Shown in pieces: positions 20,989-31,414 of a stretch of DNA of 64,000 bases. The first letter of the stretch is position 1, and each line of letters opens with the position of its first letter. The stretch lies in the NCBI GenBank assembly GCA_945864145.1, contig CAMBAN010000001.1:10175-74174 (forward strand), written 5' to 3'. A program made the translations under genes and the position numbers. The notes beneath the pieces are model-generated. The model was not told the origin of the DNA. It was given only the letters and a program-made list of their open reading frames with translations, and did not search any database. Source of the stretch: an uncultured Lachnospiraceae bacterium. Lineage in GTDB: Bacteria > Bacillota > Clostridia > Lachnospirales > Lachnospiraceae.

Positions 20989-21384
20989 ATGGCTCGATTT
21001 AGACAGTATAAAAATGGGATTTTTGGACATAGATATAAAGGGCTTTATATAACAAGAAATAATAGCAACCGCTGGAAAAATGGAAAATTATATTCCATTA
21101 TTGATGAAAATGGGAATCCGGCATGTGATCCAGGTACCGGAGAAACATTTGAGGAAAGTCCGGATTTTGAAGATTGCGAATGGTTTATTGACAAATTAAA
21201 GGCATCTGAAGAGGAGATGGCTCTTTACAGAAAACTTTATGACTGTAGTATTCCGGAATTGTATCGTATCAAGGCAAAATATTCAAGGAAAACAGAGGAA
21301 GGAACTATCACAAAAGAAGAAAAGGCTCTTTATACGTTGGTTGAAAAGGTAATGAAACGCAAAGATAAAGATATGGCTTTCTGA
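20989..21384 (+). CDS. Hypothetical protein
   Basis: 131-aa ORF coupled to rep. Confidence 0.6.
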   Translation: MARFRQYKNGIFGHRYKGLYITRNNSNRWKNGKLYSIIDENGNPACDPGTGETFEESPDFEDCEWFIDKLKASEEEMALYRKLYDCSIPELYRIKAKYSRKTEEGTITKEEKALYTLVEKVMKRKDKDMAF

Positions 21385-21461
21385 AGACGAAGAAGTGATA
21401 AATGGAAGTGGCATGTATGAAATGATCAACAATAAAATTAAACCTAAAATTAATAAATTGA

Positions 21462-21654
21462 TTGTGAAGTATTAGAACATGTGATATGATGTAATTGTAT
21501 TATTTTATATTATATGTTTTAGATCTGGCATCAGTCAGATCGTATTTCAGGATTTGAGCAATTAAAATGCTCCTGCATTATGGCAGGGGCTTTTTTTATT
21601 GACAAAATCCTATGTTTTTTACGAATCAGTTGTGATTCGGGAAGGGAGTTTTAT
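21462..21654 (+). promoter_or_regulatory. Promoter + attenuator-like structured leader, copy 1
   Basis: TTGTGA-17-TATGAT; ATCTGGC-ATCA-GTCAGAT hairpin; AGGATTT...AAATCCT stem enclosing GCTCCTGC...GCAGGGGC-T7. Confidence 0.75.
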
Positions 21655-22194
21655 ATGATCTTTACGTTAAAAGATCTTACTGCTGATGCTTATACAGAGG
21701 TAACAGTAGTACAGAAAGAAGATGGAACCATTGTAAGCAATGAAGAAAGAATGCTGAATAATCAGCATGAGTATTTAATCTGTGATGATGATTCTCGGTG
21801 GAATTTTCCGTGGGGATATTCCTGTATATGGGATGTAATAAGAACCATTAATCATGCAGAGTTTCCATATCCGATGGAATCAGATGAAATGGTAGCAATA
21901 ATAAATGCTGCTGATTCTTCAAGTTTTTCTGATGTAGTTGGGAAGATCTCAGAAGGAGAATTTTCACTAATTACACCAGAAGAAATGAAAAATCCGGAAA
22001 ACAGAGATATGTGTGAACAGAATCTGGCATTATATCTTGTTAGAAATGGAATGTATCAGCTGCCATTTGAATATTCAGATGAACTGGAAGAATATTTAAG
22101 ATGGGAAATGATATCGGAAGAAATACAGATCAACGGTAACTGGGAATTGGTTAAAGTGAATAACCGATGGTTTGCCGTATCCATTGAAGTTTAA
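21655..22194 (+). CDS. ArdA-like acidic anti-restriction (DNA mimic) protein
   Basis: Acidic, 179 aa; EYLICDDD and C-terminal DELEEYLRWEMISEEIQING resemble ArdA motifs. Confidence 0.5.
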   Translation: MIFTLKDLTADAYTEVTVVQKEDGTIVSNEERMLNNQHEYLICDDDSRWNFPWGYSCIWDVIRTINHAEFPYPMESDEMVAIINAADSSSFSDVVGKISEGEFSLITPEEMKNPENRDMCEQNLALYLVRNGMYQLPFEYSDELEEYLRWEMISEEIQINGNWELVKVNNRWFAVSIEV

Positions 22195-22207
22195 GGAGGA
22201 AAAAAGC

Positions 22208-22570
22208 ATGGTTAGATATTTAGATCCTTTTTATGGGACAGACATCACAGAGTCGGTATTTTACAAACTGGCATCTCTTCATCGAACAGAAATCATTAAA
22301 GATTTTGAGGATGGAAGCGTTTTCCGTATTACCTATTCGTATGTAACAAGGAGAGGGAAGACGAGGGTACATGAAAAGTTTATTTTTTCTTCGTGCCAGT
22401 GGTGGCATGGAGAGGATGGGCAGAAAAATGCAAGAGAAATCTTTCTTCAGTGGATTTCCTCATTTAACAAAGGAAACCCATTCCGCAGGATATTTAAGGT
22501 GAAAGTATTGCGGTGTGATGCTTATGCCTATGCACAAGAAGTTGTAGACGGAAAGGAGGAGGCGGCATGA
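22208..22570 (+). CDS. Hypothetical protein
   Basis: ATG after SD AAGGAGG. Confidence 0.6.
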   Translation: MVRYLDPFYGTDITESVFYKLASLHRTEIIKDFEDGSVFRITYSYVTRRGKTRVHEKFIFSSCQWWHGEDGQKNAREIFLQWISSFNKGNPFRRIFKVKVLRCDAYAYAQEVVDGKEEAA

Positions 22571-22857
22571 CGCAGGATTACATTGATGAGATGGCTGAAA
22601 TTTTCCTTGATCGTTATTTTGACTTGGGAGATGACGAGCAGACTTTAAAGGAAAATATCCGTGTTGCCGGACAACTCCTTTTGAGTTCAGAAAAAGAAGT
22701 AAAGGAAATTGCCGGGTTTGTTGAAAATGGAGAGGTTTTCGATGAATCTGCTGCAATTCTTTCGGTGCAAAATTTTTGCTTTGCACAGAGGTTTTTAAAG
22801 ATTTTCCAGGATAAGCTGAATAATCTGGAAAAATTAAGGGCAGCGTCAATGGGTTAG
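22567..22857 (+). CDS. Hypothetical acidic protein
   Basis: ATGA overlap with the upstream gene; SD GGAGG. Confidence 0.6.
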   Translation: MTQDYIDEMAEIFLDRYFDLGDDEQTLKENIRVAGQLLLSSEKEVKEIAGFVENGEVFDESAAILSVQNFCFAQRFLKIFQDKLNNLEKLRAASMG

Positions 22858-22875
22858 AATGTTTGAAGCTGTCAG

Positions 22876-22913
22876 AAAAGGGAAAGTATGTGAATTGCAT
22901 ACTTTCCTTTTTT
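22876..22913 (+). terminator. Intrinsic terminator
   Basis: GGAAAGTATG...CATACTTTCC followed by a T run. Confidence 0.8.
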
Positions 22914-22915
22914 GC

Positions 22916-22946
22916 TTGACTTTTTACATGGGTTTGTGCCTAAAAT
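22916..22946 (+). promoter_or_regulatory. 19-bp-spacer promoter, copy 2
   Basis: TTGACT-TTTTACATGGGTTTGTGCC-TAAAAT. Confidence 0.7.
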
Positions 22947-22981
22947 ATGCGCAAAATAAATGAGCAGGAGGAAAATGGCAC

Positions 22982-24553
22982 ATGAGTACCGCAATCATTG
23001 AGGATATGAAAGGGACAGATCATAAGGTTTCAAAACCTGCAGGTGATGGAAATGGTACATATTCTGGGAAAGGTAAAAAAGTAGAAAAAGCAGGAATGGC
23101 AGGAAAAAAGGCGGTTACTCCACCAAAAAGCACTGTATCTGCAAAAGCCGGAGGAGAAAAGGAGCTTGTAAAGAAAGCTGCAAGTGCAAAGGGAAAAAAG
23201 ATTCCGGCAACTGCGGGAAAAGGGGGAAAAGAAGCGTCTCTTTCTAAAACAGTGGAAAAAAAGCAGGATAAATCAGAAAGTAAATCCATATCGAAGCAAC
23301 CGGCTGCAAAGAAAAAACCAAAGAATGCGAAGAAACAGGAAATTAAAACAGCGGATCGTGTTATTCCTGAAACTGCTCTTGGAGATCTTTCATCAATGAA
23401 CAAGACTCAGCTTACGCAGATTTGCAGGGAAATGGATATATCCCGTTATGAGAATGGAAATCTGATCACAAAGGATGTCATGATTTCAAGGATCAAGGCA
23501 GAGGTTCATAAAATCAAAAGTGCGCAGACCAGAAGAGCAAAAAAAGAAGAAAAGCTTAAAGAGGAAAATAAAAAAATTATTGTATCAGGTGAGGGATTGG
23601 GAGATTCAGAATTGCCCGTAAAGACACAGGTAAAAGAAGTTTCCCAGACAGAGCCGGAAAATAAGGAATTGGGAAGTGAAGTAGATACAAGCTTATCAGA
23701 TCTTTTGAGCCGTGGTGAAATTGCAAAGATGATGGAAGAAGTCGAGGAAGAGTCAAACAGGGAAGAAAAGGCTTTAGAGAAAAAAGAAAATTTCCATGAG
23801 ATTGAGGATGTCAGGGAAAAAAAGGAAGTTAATAAGGAAAAACCGAAGAAAGAAGGATTTTTTGCGAGACTGAGAAGAGAACGGGCTAAAAAAAAGAAGC
23901 AGGTTTCTGAGAGAGAAGGAGAGGTTGTGGCTGTTTCAACCGGGAACAAACTGGAAGTGGAAGATCTTGGTGAAATGGCAGATGAGCCTGTTAATTTAAG
24001 CTCGACTCCAGCCAGCACAGAAAACTATGTACCTAAAGGTCGGGAGATAATTGATAAAAGATGTACGGATGAAAACTCTGTGGTAAATGATGAGCATACG
24101 CAGGCAAAGATGACTCAGACTGATGTAAATCGAATTTCAGGTGAAACAGCAAGTGGAGAAGGAATAGAAGATACCTTAAAACGTGTGCTTGCAATTGCTG
24201 ATATTGAAGTAGATGGAGCAAAAGAATTTCATCCGGGGGAAATAGGAACAAACAGTATTGTTGTCGGGGGATATACGGAAGAAATGGTGTTTGATCTTGC
24301 ATACCGGATGCTCCGTAAAAGAAATAAAGATACAAAAGTGATAGAAAGAGAGGAATTCCGGGAAAAATACTGGCTTGATGCAACCTATATCCATAATTTG
24401 ATAGGGGAAAAATCATATACGATTTATGAAAATGTAATGAGAGGAAAAATGGTTAATATACCTAAGAAAAAAAGATTACCATATATTCCGGCTGATAATC
24501 CGGATGCCTCAGATGAACAGTATGAGATCAAAGAAGCAGGTCGAAAGGAATAA
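22982..24553 (+). CDS. Lys/Glu-rich, largely disordered protein with a Rho-N/SAP-like helical motif
   Basis: Histone-like K/A-rich N-terminus; LSSMNKTQLTQICREMDISRY...KDVMISRI. Confidence 0.5.
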   Translation: MSTAIIEDMKGTDHKVSKPAGDGNGTYSGKGKKVEKAGMAGKKAVTPPKSTVSAKAGGEKELVKKAASAKGKKIPATAGKGGKEASLSKTVEKKQDKSESKSISKQPAAKKKPKNAKKQEIKTADRVIPETALGDLSSMNKTQLTQICREMDISRYENGNLITKDVMISRIKAEVHKIKSAQTRRAKKEEKLKEENKKIIVSGEGLGDSELPVKTQVKEVSQTEPENKELGSEVDTSLSDLLSRGEIAKMMEEVEEESNREEKALEKKENFHEIEDVREKKEVNKEKPKKEGFFARLRRERAKKKKQVSEREGEVVAVSTGNKLEVEDLGEMADEPVNLSSTPASTENYVPKGREIIDKRCTDENSVVNDEHTQAKMTQTDVNRISGETASGEGIEDTLKRVLAIADIEVDGAKEFHPGEIGTNSIVVGGYTEEMVFDLAYRMLRKRNKDTKVIEREEFREKYWLDATYIHNLIGEKSYTIYENVMRGKMVNIPKKKRLPYIPADNPDASDEQYEIKEAGRKE

Positions 24554-24568
24554 GAATGGGATTGCTCT

Positions 24569-25277
24569 ATGAAAAAAGAGGTTAAGAATCTTGTAAAAAA
24601 GAAAAATTTTGGGATCACTCTGGTTAATAATTCCATAGGTATTCAAATTATGATATGTGTTACAGTAACACTTCTGCTTATTGTAGGAAACTATATTCTG
24701 AGCAGATTTGAATATGAATACCTGGGATGGTCCGCAGGTACTTTGGGGAGACTTGTAAGAATAAGTATACTGATGTTAGGAAACCTGATTGCTGAGCTAT
24801 TTGTTATTTTGTTTTTTTCAAGCATTCCGGATTGGATTCATAAGTTGATCGCAATTCGTAAATATTGTTATCTTCCAATGACTGAGTATGAAGCAAGAGA
24901 GAACCATTTCGAGAATGCGGGCGAATATTTTCAATATGTACAAAACTCTATATGTACGGATACAATGGGTAATATTATCAGCTAAGGATTTTTATCAGAT
25001 GATAATGGTCTGTTTAAAGCTCTTTCCGGATAAAGGGACTCTGTTTGAATTACAAAGCGATGATTGTAGAGCGTGTCCCCTTTCTTTTTATGAGTTTATT
25101 GAAAATTATACTAAGGAGAAGGTTACTTTAAATGAATGTGTGAAGATTAGTGAGGAGGGAGAGGTGCAGCTAAGTTACGCGTATGTGGAATGCGACAATG
25201 GTGGCATACAGAAAATGAGAAGTTTGAGCGTGAATGAAAAACGAGTAATTGAAATGCCAGAAACATGTAACATGTAG
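24569..25277 (+). pseudogene. Probable frameshifted membrane-protein gene (ORFs 24569-24985 and 24888-25277)
   Basis: The second ORF lacks an obvious SD/start and continues in the adjacent frame near 24970-24985. Confidence 0.4.
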
Positions 25278-25351
25278 GGTCAGCTGTATGCATGAAGCGT
25301 AAGAAAATATCGGAAAAAGTATTAAAAGTTAAATAAAGATTAAACAAAATA

Positions 25352-25546
25352 TTGAGAACGCAAATTGATTGTGATATGATGTAATTGTATTATTTTATAT
25401 AGATTTACATCTGGCAGCAGTCAGGTGGTTTTCAGGATTTGAGTGATTCAAATGCTCCTGCATTATTGCAGGAGCATTTTTATTGCCATAAATCCTATGT
25501 TTTTATACGGCATAGACATAGATGTCTGTCGGGAATGGAGGTTTAT
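25352..25546 (+). promoter_or_regulatory. Promoter + attenuator-like structured leader, copy 2
   Basis: TTGAGA-17-TATGAT; ATCTGGCAGCAGTCAGGT; AGGATTT...AAATCCT; ATGCTCCTGCA-TTAT-TGCAGGAGCAT-TTTT. Confidence 0.75.
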
Positions 25547-27280
25547 ATGTTAAAAAACAAACAAAAGAATGGCTTAGATCTTAATATGAATTTCTATGAG
25601 CTGTTCGAGATCTTTAACGGTGGTAGTGTACCTTCAGAAAATCCGGATCCGGCCAGTATGGAGGATTACCTTCATAAAGGAGAAAGGATACTTTCCCTTT
25701 TAAGGGAAAGAAAAAGAAAAGAGTTCCATGCAGTTCCTTTTCTGGATGCGCTGGTACCGAAAACTTATTTTTCAAAAAGCACGTATGACAGACAGGCTTA
25801 TGTTCTGCAGTGCATGAGAAATAAGGTGCTTCGTCCGATCACAGACAAGATTGTGGATGGGCAGACGGATCTTGGAGAAATCTTGAGACAGCTTCCGGGA
25901 ATGGAGAACTGTATGCAGCCGGCAAAGCCTGAAAAAAATGCAACTCTAATAATGAAAGAGCTTTGTAAGGATGATTATAAGGGCTGCATTGCGGTGGAAG
26001 TGAAAGGATTTGAAAAGATCTATGCGCCTACCGGTGGGACAAAGTTGCCTGCAAAAACGCATGGTGCAGGATTCTGGATGCTAAAAAAAGATCGCAATCA
26101 TCGTTATGCAATGGCTGATATGTCAGCGGTGTTTTCATCAATGGCACTATTTTGTCAGTTGCGGAGAGAAATCCGTATGCGGTGGGAAAATCTGTCACCA
26201 CAGGAACTTGAAGATGATATTTTACATAAAACTCTTGAAGATGCTTTGTGTGATGCTATTGCAGCACATGAGGTATATACGGGAAAGGGTGGAAAGTCAA
26301 TTGTTCTGTTTGAGAATGAGGATTTTCCCTATGTAAGGAAGTATTTTCAGGATCTTGATTATGAAGTTGCAAAATATGAAAATGTCCCAAAACAGGAGAA
26401 AGAGATCCTTTTCCCATTTGAAAAAAGAGAAGCTATGAAAAATTCTTCCTATTTTGGTGCGATTCTGTTTCTTGCGGATGAATTACCGGTATCAGACATG
26501 GAATTAAAATTCCGGCATTTAAGAACCGGGAAAAGAAGCTACCAGCAGTTTTTGGATGCTGGAATTTCCACGGAACTCATGGTGATGCTTATTGATAAGA
26601 TGATCTATGAGTATGAGGAAGATAAGCAGGAGGAGAAGATCCGGAAGGCAAATAGGGAAAGCTATGCCGCGTCTTTTGAGACCAAGCACAACATTCCGCA
26701 GAAAATCCTCAGAGCAATGGAAGCATCAGAATTTAATAACTATTTTGGTTATGTGGAATTTGATGAGGAAGTTGATCTTTCGCTCATGAAGAGCGTTTAT
26801 GAGGAATTTCATGCGTTGGCCAAATTTATGGGATTAAATATGCATGAAGAGGTAAGCCTGAGATTTCGAAAGCTTGGAAATCATAAGGCTACTGGGTTGT
26901 ATTACCCATACCTAAAATGTTTATGTGTGGATGTGCGCCATCCTGCTTCATTTGCACATGAGTGCATGCACATGCTTGATTATGAGCATGGCCATGTATC
27001 CAGAGGTGCAGCATTTTATCCGGTGCTTGCATTGTACCGCGAAGAGGTAAAAAGATCTGTAGAAAACTTAGGATATTCTCTTAAGGGAAAATACGATCTG
27101 GATTATTATTTGGAATCTTCTGAGGCATTTGCAAGATGTGGAGAGATTTACTTAACACGTATTTGCGGAATCAGGAATTCTGTTGTTGAGCCAGATCCGA
27201 AAAATGACTTCGCATATCCGGACAACATTGCTATCAATGACAGGATAAGACGTTATTTTAACAGCTTTTTTAATAAGTGA
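25547..27280 (+). CDS. LPD1-like large polyvalent protein domain (HExxH zincin-like)
   Basis: LRFRKLGNHKATGLYYP, SFAHECMHMLDY, EAFARCGE. Confidence 0.65.
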   Translation: MLKNKQKNGLDLNMNFYELFEIFNGGSVPSENPDPASMEDYLHKGERILSLLRERKRKEFHAVPFLDALVPKTYFSKSTYDRQAYVLQCMRNKVLRPITDKIVDGQTDLGEILRQLPGMENCMQPAKPEKNATLIMKELCKDDYKGCIAVEVKGFEKIYAPTGGTKLPAKTHGAGFWMLKKDRNHRYAMADMSAVFSSMALFCQLRREIRMRWENLSPQELEDDILHKTLEDALCDAIAAHEVYTGKGGKSIVLFENEDFPYVRKYFQDLDYEVAKYENVPKQEKEILFPFEKREAMKNSSYFGAILFLADELPVSDMELKFRHLRTGKRSYQQFLDAGISTELMVMLIDKMIYEYEEDKQEEKIRKANRESYAASFETKHNIPQKILRAMEASEFNNYFGYVEFDEEVDLSLMKSVYEEFHALAKFMGLNMHEEVSLRFRKLGNHKATGLYYPYLKCLCVDVRHPASFAHECMHMLDYEHGHVSRGAAFYPVLALYREEVKRSVENLGYSLKGKYDLDYYLESSEAFARCGEIYLTRICGIRNSVVEPDPKNDFAYPDNIAINDRIRRYFNSFFNK

Positions 27281-27325
27281 TTTTTACAGGAGAAGAAATT
27301 GTTTCTTCTTCCGGAAAGGAGATTT

Positions 27326-27613
27326 ATGAAACTTGCAGAGTTTTTTGAAAAAAACAAATGGAACGTGGAATGTGATGTGAAAGATGACCATCAGTTTGTT
27401 ATTGTACTTGTCACATTCATAAATGAGAGGAAAATGGAGGATCAGGTAAGCTTTGATATTCCATCTCCGTTTTTGCAGAAGGAAGAAAGTTTTAAAGAAC
27501 TTTCAGAATGTTTCAGAGATTTTTTAGGAGATCTGGATGAGCGAGAGGTTACTGAGATAGCCATAGTTGCCTCGGCGGAAACCATGGAAAAACTTGAAGA
27601 GACAAATATGTAG
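27326..27613 (+). CDS. Hypothetical acidic protein
   Basis: ATG after a hairpin-SD module. Confidence 0.6.
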   Translation: MKLAEFFEKNKWNVECDVKDDHQFVIVLVTFINERKMEDQVSFDIPSPFLQKEESFKELSECFRDFLGDLDEREVTEIAIVASAETMEKLEETNM

Positions 27614-27648
27614 GTTTATGACGGAAAACCGTCAGAAGGGAGCAGTAT

Positions 27649-28557
27649 ATGAAAACATTAAAAGGATACGCGTATGATGCGCGTACTGTTGAGGCATTGC
27701 AGGCAGTTGACGAGCCGGGTGTATATCAGTTTTTTGGTATGCGGGGCATCGGAAAACGGACTGCTGCAGAAATTGTGGCAGAAAAAATGCTTGGAAGCAG
27801 ATTATCAGCGAATCCGGATTATCTTATGATATCGCCAAAAGAAAAAAATAAGGTGATTGGAATAGATGATATTGAGGACCTGTTTGTGTTTACCGGGCAG
27901 ATGGCTGCGAATGCAAGCTATAAAGTATGCGTTATTGATGATGCTGATTTGCTTACAGAATCTGCACAAAATGCACTTTTAAAGCTTTTGGAAGAGCAGG
28001 CAGGGCAGGTGGTTATCATACTTGTGGCGCATCGTCATCTTATTGATACGGTGGAGAGCCGGGCGAAACTTATCCCATTTTATTCTCTGCAAAGGGAAGA
28101 AATGAAGGAAGTCATAGATGATCTTGATCCTCTTGTGGCAGAGTTGTCCGGTGGGAGAATCGGATTTTATAAATCAATGGTTGCATCCAATGGGTATGTC
28201 CAGACGGTCAAAAATGCTTTGAAATTTATTGAAAATGGAAATAAGGCGGATCTTTTTGATTGTCTTCATGTGATCAGGGAAAAGGATAAAGCATCCTTTT
28301 ATGAAACCTATGATCTACCACTTATCCGGGCTTTTGTTGCCTTTCTCCGGCAGGTTTTTTATAAAATCCTGCTTGGAGCTTCTGGCATTGAGTTCGGGTT
28401 TACACCAGGTATTGATGTTTCAAAAGCATCAGAGCACTACAGTATCCTGTCAATTCAGGCTGCAGTGTCCGTACTCTCAAATGCGGAGAGAATGATTTCA
28501 GATGGTCGATTTAATAAAAACGACTGGTTTGATATGCTCCGGTTTATAGCAGAGTAG
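27649..28557 (+). CDS. holB: DNA polymerase III delta-prime (clamp loader) subunit
   Basis: GMRGIGKRT, NPDY, IGIDDI, KVCVIDDADLLTESAQNALLKLLEE, TVESRA. Confidence 0.85.
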   Translation: MKTLKGYAYDARTVEALQAVDEPGVYQFFGMRGIGKRTAAEIVAEKMLGSRLSANPDYLMISPKEKNKVIGIDDIEDLFVFTGQMAANASYKVCVIDDADLLTESAQNALLKLLEEQAGQVVIILVAHRHLIDTVESRAKLIPFYSLQREEMKEVIDDLDPLVAELSGGRIGFYKSMVASNGYVQTVKNALKFIENGNKADLFDCLHVIREKDKASFYETYDLPLIRAFVAFLRQVFYKILLGASGIEFGFTPGIDVSKASEHYSILSIQAAVSVLSNAERMISDGRFNKNDWFDMLRFIAE

Positions 28558-28611
28558 GGAGTCAGATAAGGTTTATGGTGGAAATTTATTCCGCCAGGAA
28601 GGGAGATTTAT

Positions 28612-28878
28612 ATGTTTAATTTTAATTGTGTAAGAATTATTACAGAAGCTGAGAGAATTCAGCTTTGTGAAAGGATTGCAGAAAAAATTTCAGCAGATTA
28701 TGGTTGTGAGAAAGCACCTGTCTTGGAATGGCTGGTTACATCCGGCTATGGACGTGGGAAAAATGTTATTTCTGCCTGTAATTGTGTAGATTATAAAAAA
28801 ATTTACACAAATGCCGGCATTCATCGGACTGCACAGACAGATGGCATCTTACAGGCCGGAATGATCAGGGAGGTATAG
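28612..28878 (+). CDS. Hypothetical protein
   Basis: ATG after a hairpin-SD module; lies between holB and dnaX. Confidence 0.6.
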   Translation: MFNFNCVRIITEAERIQLCERIAEKISADYGCEKAPVLEWLVTSGYGRGKNVISACNCVDYKKIYTNAGIHRTAQTDGILQAGMIREV

Positions 28879-28882
28879 GGTT

Positions 28883-30955
28883 ATGGCTAAGAATATCAAT
28901 ATTTGTAATGCAGAACGCCCTATGAACTTTGATCAGATGGTAGGGCAGAAGACGGTTGTGGAAAACCTGCGTCAGCAGGCTATCCGTAAGGAGTTTTTTC
29001 AGTGTTACATTCTGGAAGGACAATTTGGATCCGGAAAAACAACAATGGCGCGCATTATTTCGCGTGCTATCAATTGCGAGCATCCGGACGAACACGGTAA
29101 TCCATGTGGATGCTGTGAATCTTGTAAGGCGGTTTCTTCCGGTTCTTCAGATATTGTAGAACTGGACGCTGCCAGTAATACAGGAGTTGACAGTATCCGG
29201 GCGATCAAGGAATCCGTTGATTTTCTGCCATCACAGCTGAAAAAGAAAGTTTATATTATAGATGAAGTTCAGAAACTTTCAAGCAGTGCATTTGATGCAC
29301 TCCTTAAGGTGCTGGAGGAGCCGCCGGAACATGTGGTATTTATCATGTGCACCACAGAATCAAAAAAAATACCGGTAACTGTAAGAAGCAGAGCTGCCTG
29401 TTATCAGTTTGGACAGATTTCAGAAGCAGAAATTGCGGGAAGACTTATAGAGATAGCTGTGAAATACGGATTTTCATATGAAGAAAATGGTATTTCCCTT
29501 ATTGCAAAAAATTCCTGCGGAAGTATGCGGAATGCGATTAAGCTGCTGGAACAGTCTGGCACCACCGGATATGGAGTTACAGAAGAAAATGTGACAAAAA
29601 TGCTTGGACTTACATCGCCGGATGCTTTGTTTGCTGTCATGGAAACCATTGTAGGCAATGATATTCCTGAAATGGTCAAAAGAATCAGAAAACTTTTAGA
29701 TGAAGGAGCAAATCCTGCGTCTATGGTGGGAGATATGTTGTCAGTGCTTGCAGATGGTATTGTCTGTAGTACGTCAGAGAAATTCGACCGTGGAACAGAA
29801 CATTATAGAAGTTTACTTAAAGCTTTGTGTATGATCACAGATTTAACAACTCTTGGTGTTCTTGCAAAGGGACTGAAAGAAGTGTATTCAGATTTGCAGT
29901 ATACCCCGGATGAGGCAACTCTCATTTGTGGATTGATTGCAATGATGAGTAAACCGGAGAATAAAGAACGGTATCTGGAACAGAAGATTACTAACTTAGA
30001 GCGAAGAGTTGAGGAGCTGCTTTCAGGCTGCGCCGAAAGTGGGAAATTGTCAGGAATGAGCTGTGGAAAAGAAGTGAAAGAGACAATGGACGTTTCGGGT
30101 GTGTCAAAGGATGTTCCTGGAAATGTTTGTGAGGAAAACTCTGAAAATAAAAATGCTGCAACTATTCCAGAAGCACTTGAGGGAGAACCAGAGGAAAGCA
30201 GGTTGGAAACAAAAAATAAATCATCTTCTGATGCAGGAGATGCAGTAAAGGATTCTGAGTCGAAATCTGAAAAAACAGATGAAAATCAGGAGCAAAAATC
30301 TGCATCTGATGATTTGGATGTATTCGATCTGTTGGGGCTTTTTTCGGTTGAAGAGGAATCTGCAGAGGAAATCAATGCGGAAAATGTAGTTTCAGAAAGA
30401 AATGAACGTTCTGAAAATCTGAATTCGGACAAAGAACAGACTACGGAGGAAGCTGACGTACCAGAAAAAGAATATCTCGAAAAAACCCCGGAGGTTCCTG
30501 TTTCAGCGTTTACAGAAAACGATTTTATTGAAACCGAAGAAGAAGCCTGGCAGGAAAGACAGCGAGAGGAAGAACTGGCAAATATGTATTTTAGCCAGAT
30601 GCAGGAATCACAGGGAGCAAACGGCCCGAAAGAGGATGATAAGAGTGAATCTGAAAATGAGGAATTCAAAATGGATGTTCCGCAATTTCAGGAATCTCGT
30701 TCGATTAGGGTAGAGGATAATGATCTTCCGGATGTGCTGCCTCCAAATGATGAAGGGAAGGAAGAAAATTTTCTTCCAGAACTGTATCGGCAGTTTCCCC
30801 TCATGGAGTCCGTGCTTGAACTTGGGTTTCGCAAGGAAACAAATGGCTGGTGGGTCACCGATCAGGAAGATCTATACAGAATTGCAGCCGGATACAGAAA
30901 TGCAATCGGGTTTCCATTTGGGATTCGTATTGAAAGAAAAGCTGCAATGGCTTAA
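28883..30955 (+). CDS. dnaX: DNA polymerase III gamma/tau subunit with acidic C-terminal extension
   Basis: RPMNFDQMVGQ, GQFGSGKTTMARI, Zn motif NC...PCGCCESC, ELDAASNTGVDSIR, IIDEVQKLS, GSMRNA. Confidence 0.93.
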   Translation: MAKNINICNAERPMNFDQMVGQKTVVENLRQQAIRKEFFQCYILEGQFGSGKTTMARIISRAINCEHPDEHGNPCGCCESCKAVSSGSSDIVELDAASNTGVDSIRAIKESVDFLPSQLKKKVYIIDEVQKLSSSAFDALLKVLEEPPEHVVFIMCTTESKKIPVTVRSRAACYQFGQISEAEIAGRLIEIAVKYGFSYEENGISLIAKNSCGSMRNAIKLLEQSGTTGYGVTEENVTKMLGLTSPDALFAVMETIVGNDIPEMVKRIRKLLDEGANPASMVGDMLSVLADGIVCSTSEKFDRGTEHYRSLLKALCMITDLTTLGVLAKGLKEVYSDLQYTPDEATLICGLIAMMSKPENKERYLEQKITNLERRVEELLSGCAESGKLSGMSCGKEVKETMDVSGVSKDVPGNVCEENSENKNAATIPEALEGEPEESRLETKNKSSSDAGDAVKDSESKSEKTDENQEQKSASDDLDVFDLLGLFSVEEESAEEINAENVVSERNERSENLNSDKEQTTEEADVPEKEYLEKTPEVPVSAFTENDFIETEEEAWQERQREEELANMYFSQMQESQGANGPKEDDKSESENEEFKMDVPQFQESRSIRVEDNDLPDVLPPNDEGKEENFLPELYRQFPLMESVLELGFRKETNGWWVTDQEDLYRIAAGYRNAIGFPFGIRIERKAAMA

Positions 30956-31006
30956 ACAGAAGATTTTTAAGGGGAAGAAGTAATTCTTCCCCGGAAAGGA
31001 GATTTT

Positions 31007-31414
31007 ATGAATATAAGAACCTATGAATATATTTCGCACTATTCAGGAAATATTTTTCAGCTGGCAGACAAAAAAGGGAGGATTATCTGTATGGAAGGAA
31101 AGAAAAAGGATATGGCATATATTGATCTGTTGTATGTCGTTTTTGGTGAAAGGATATGCCGTGACATATATTTTTCCAACATAGCGGGATTTTCAGTTAC
31201 ATGGGATGGAAACCCGCTTTTAACCTTGGACCTTGAAATTCCACGCGAATATAACACCCAAATGGAGGATTTCTGGTGGGAAGCGGAAGATAAAACCGAA
31301 CATGAGAAAAAAAATCCTGATTTTTGCAAAATGCTGGATTCATTAAAAAATTCGCTATGTAGAGAAGCTCAAATGCTTGAATGCAATTTGTTTTTGCGCA
31401 AGGAGGCATGTTAA
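31007..31414 (+). CDS. Hypothetical protein
   Basis: ATG after a hairpin-SD module. Confidence 0.6.
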   Translation: MNIRTYEYISHYSGNIFQLADKKGRIICMEGKKKDMAYIDLLYVVFGERICRDIYFSNIAGFSVTWDGNPLLTLDLEIPREYNTQMEDFWWEAEDKTEHEKKNPDFCKMLDSLKNSLCREAQMLECNLFLRKEAC

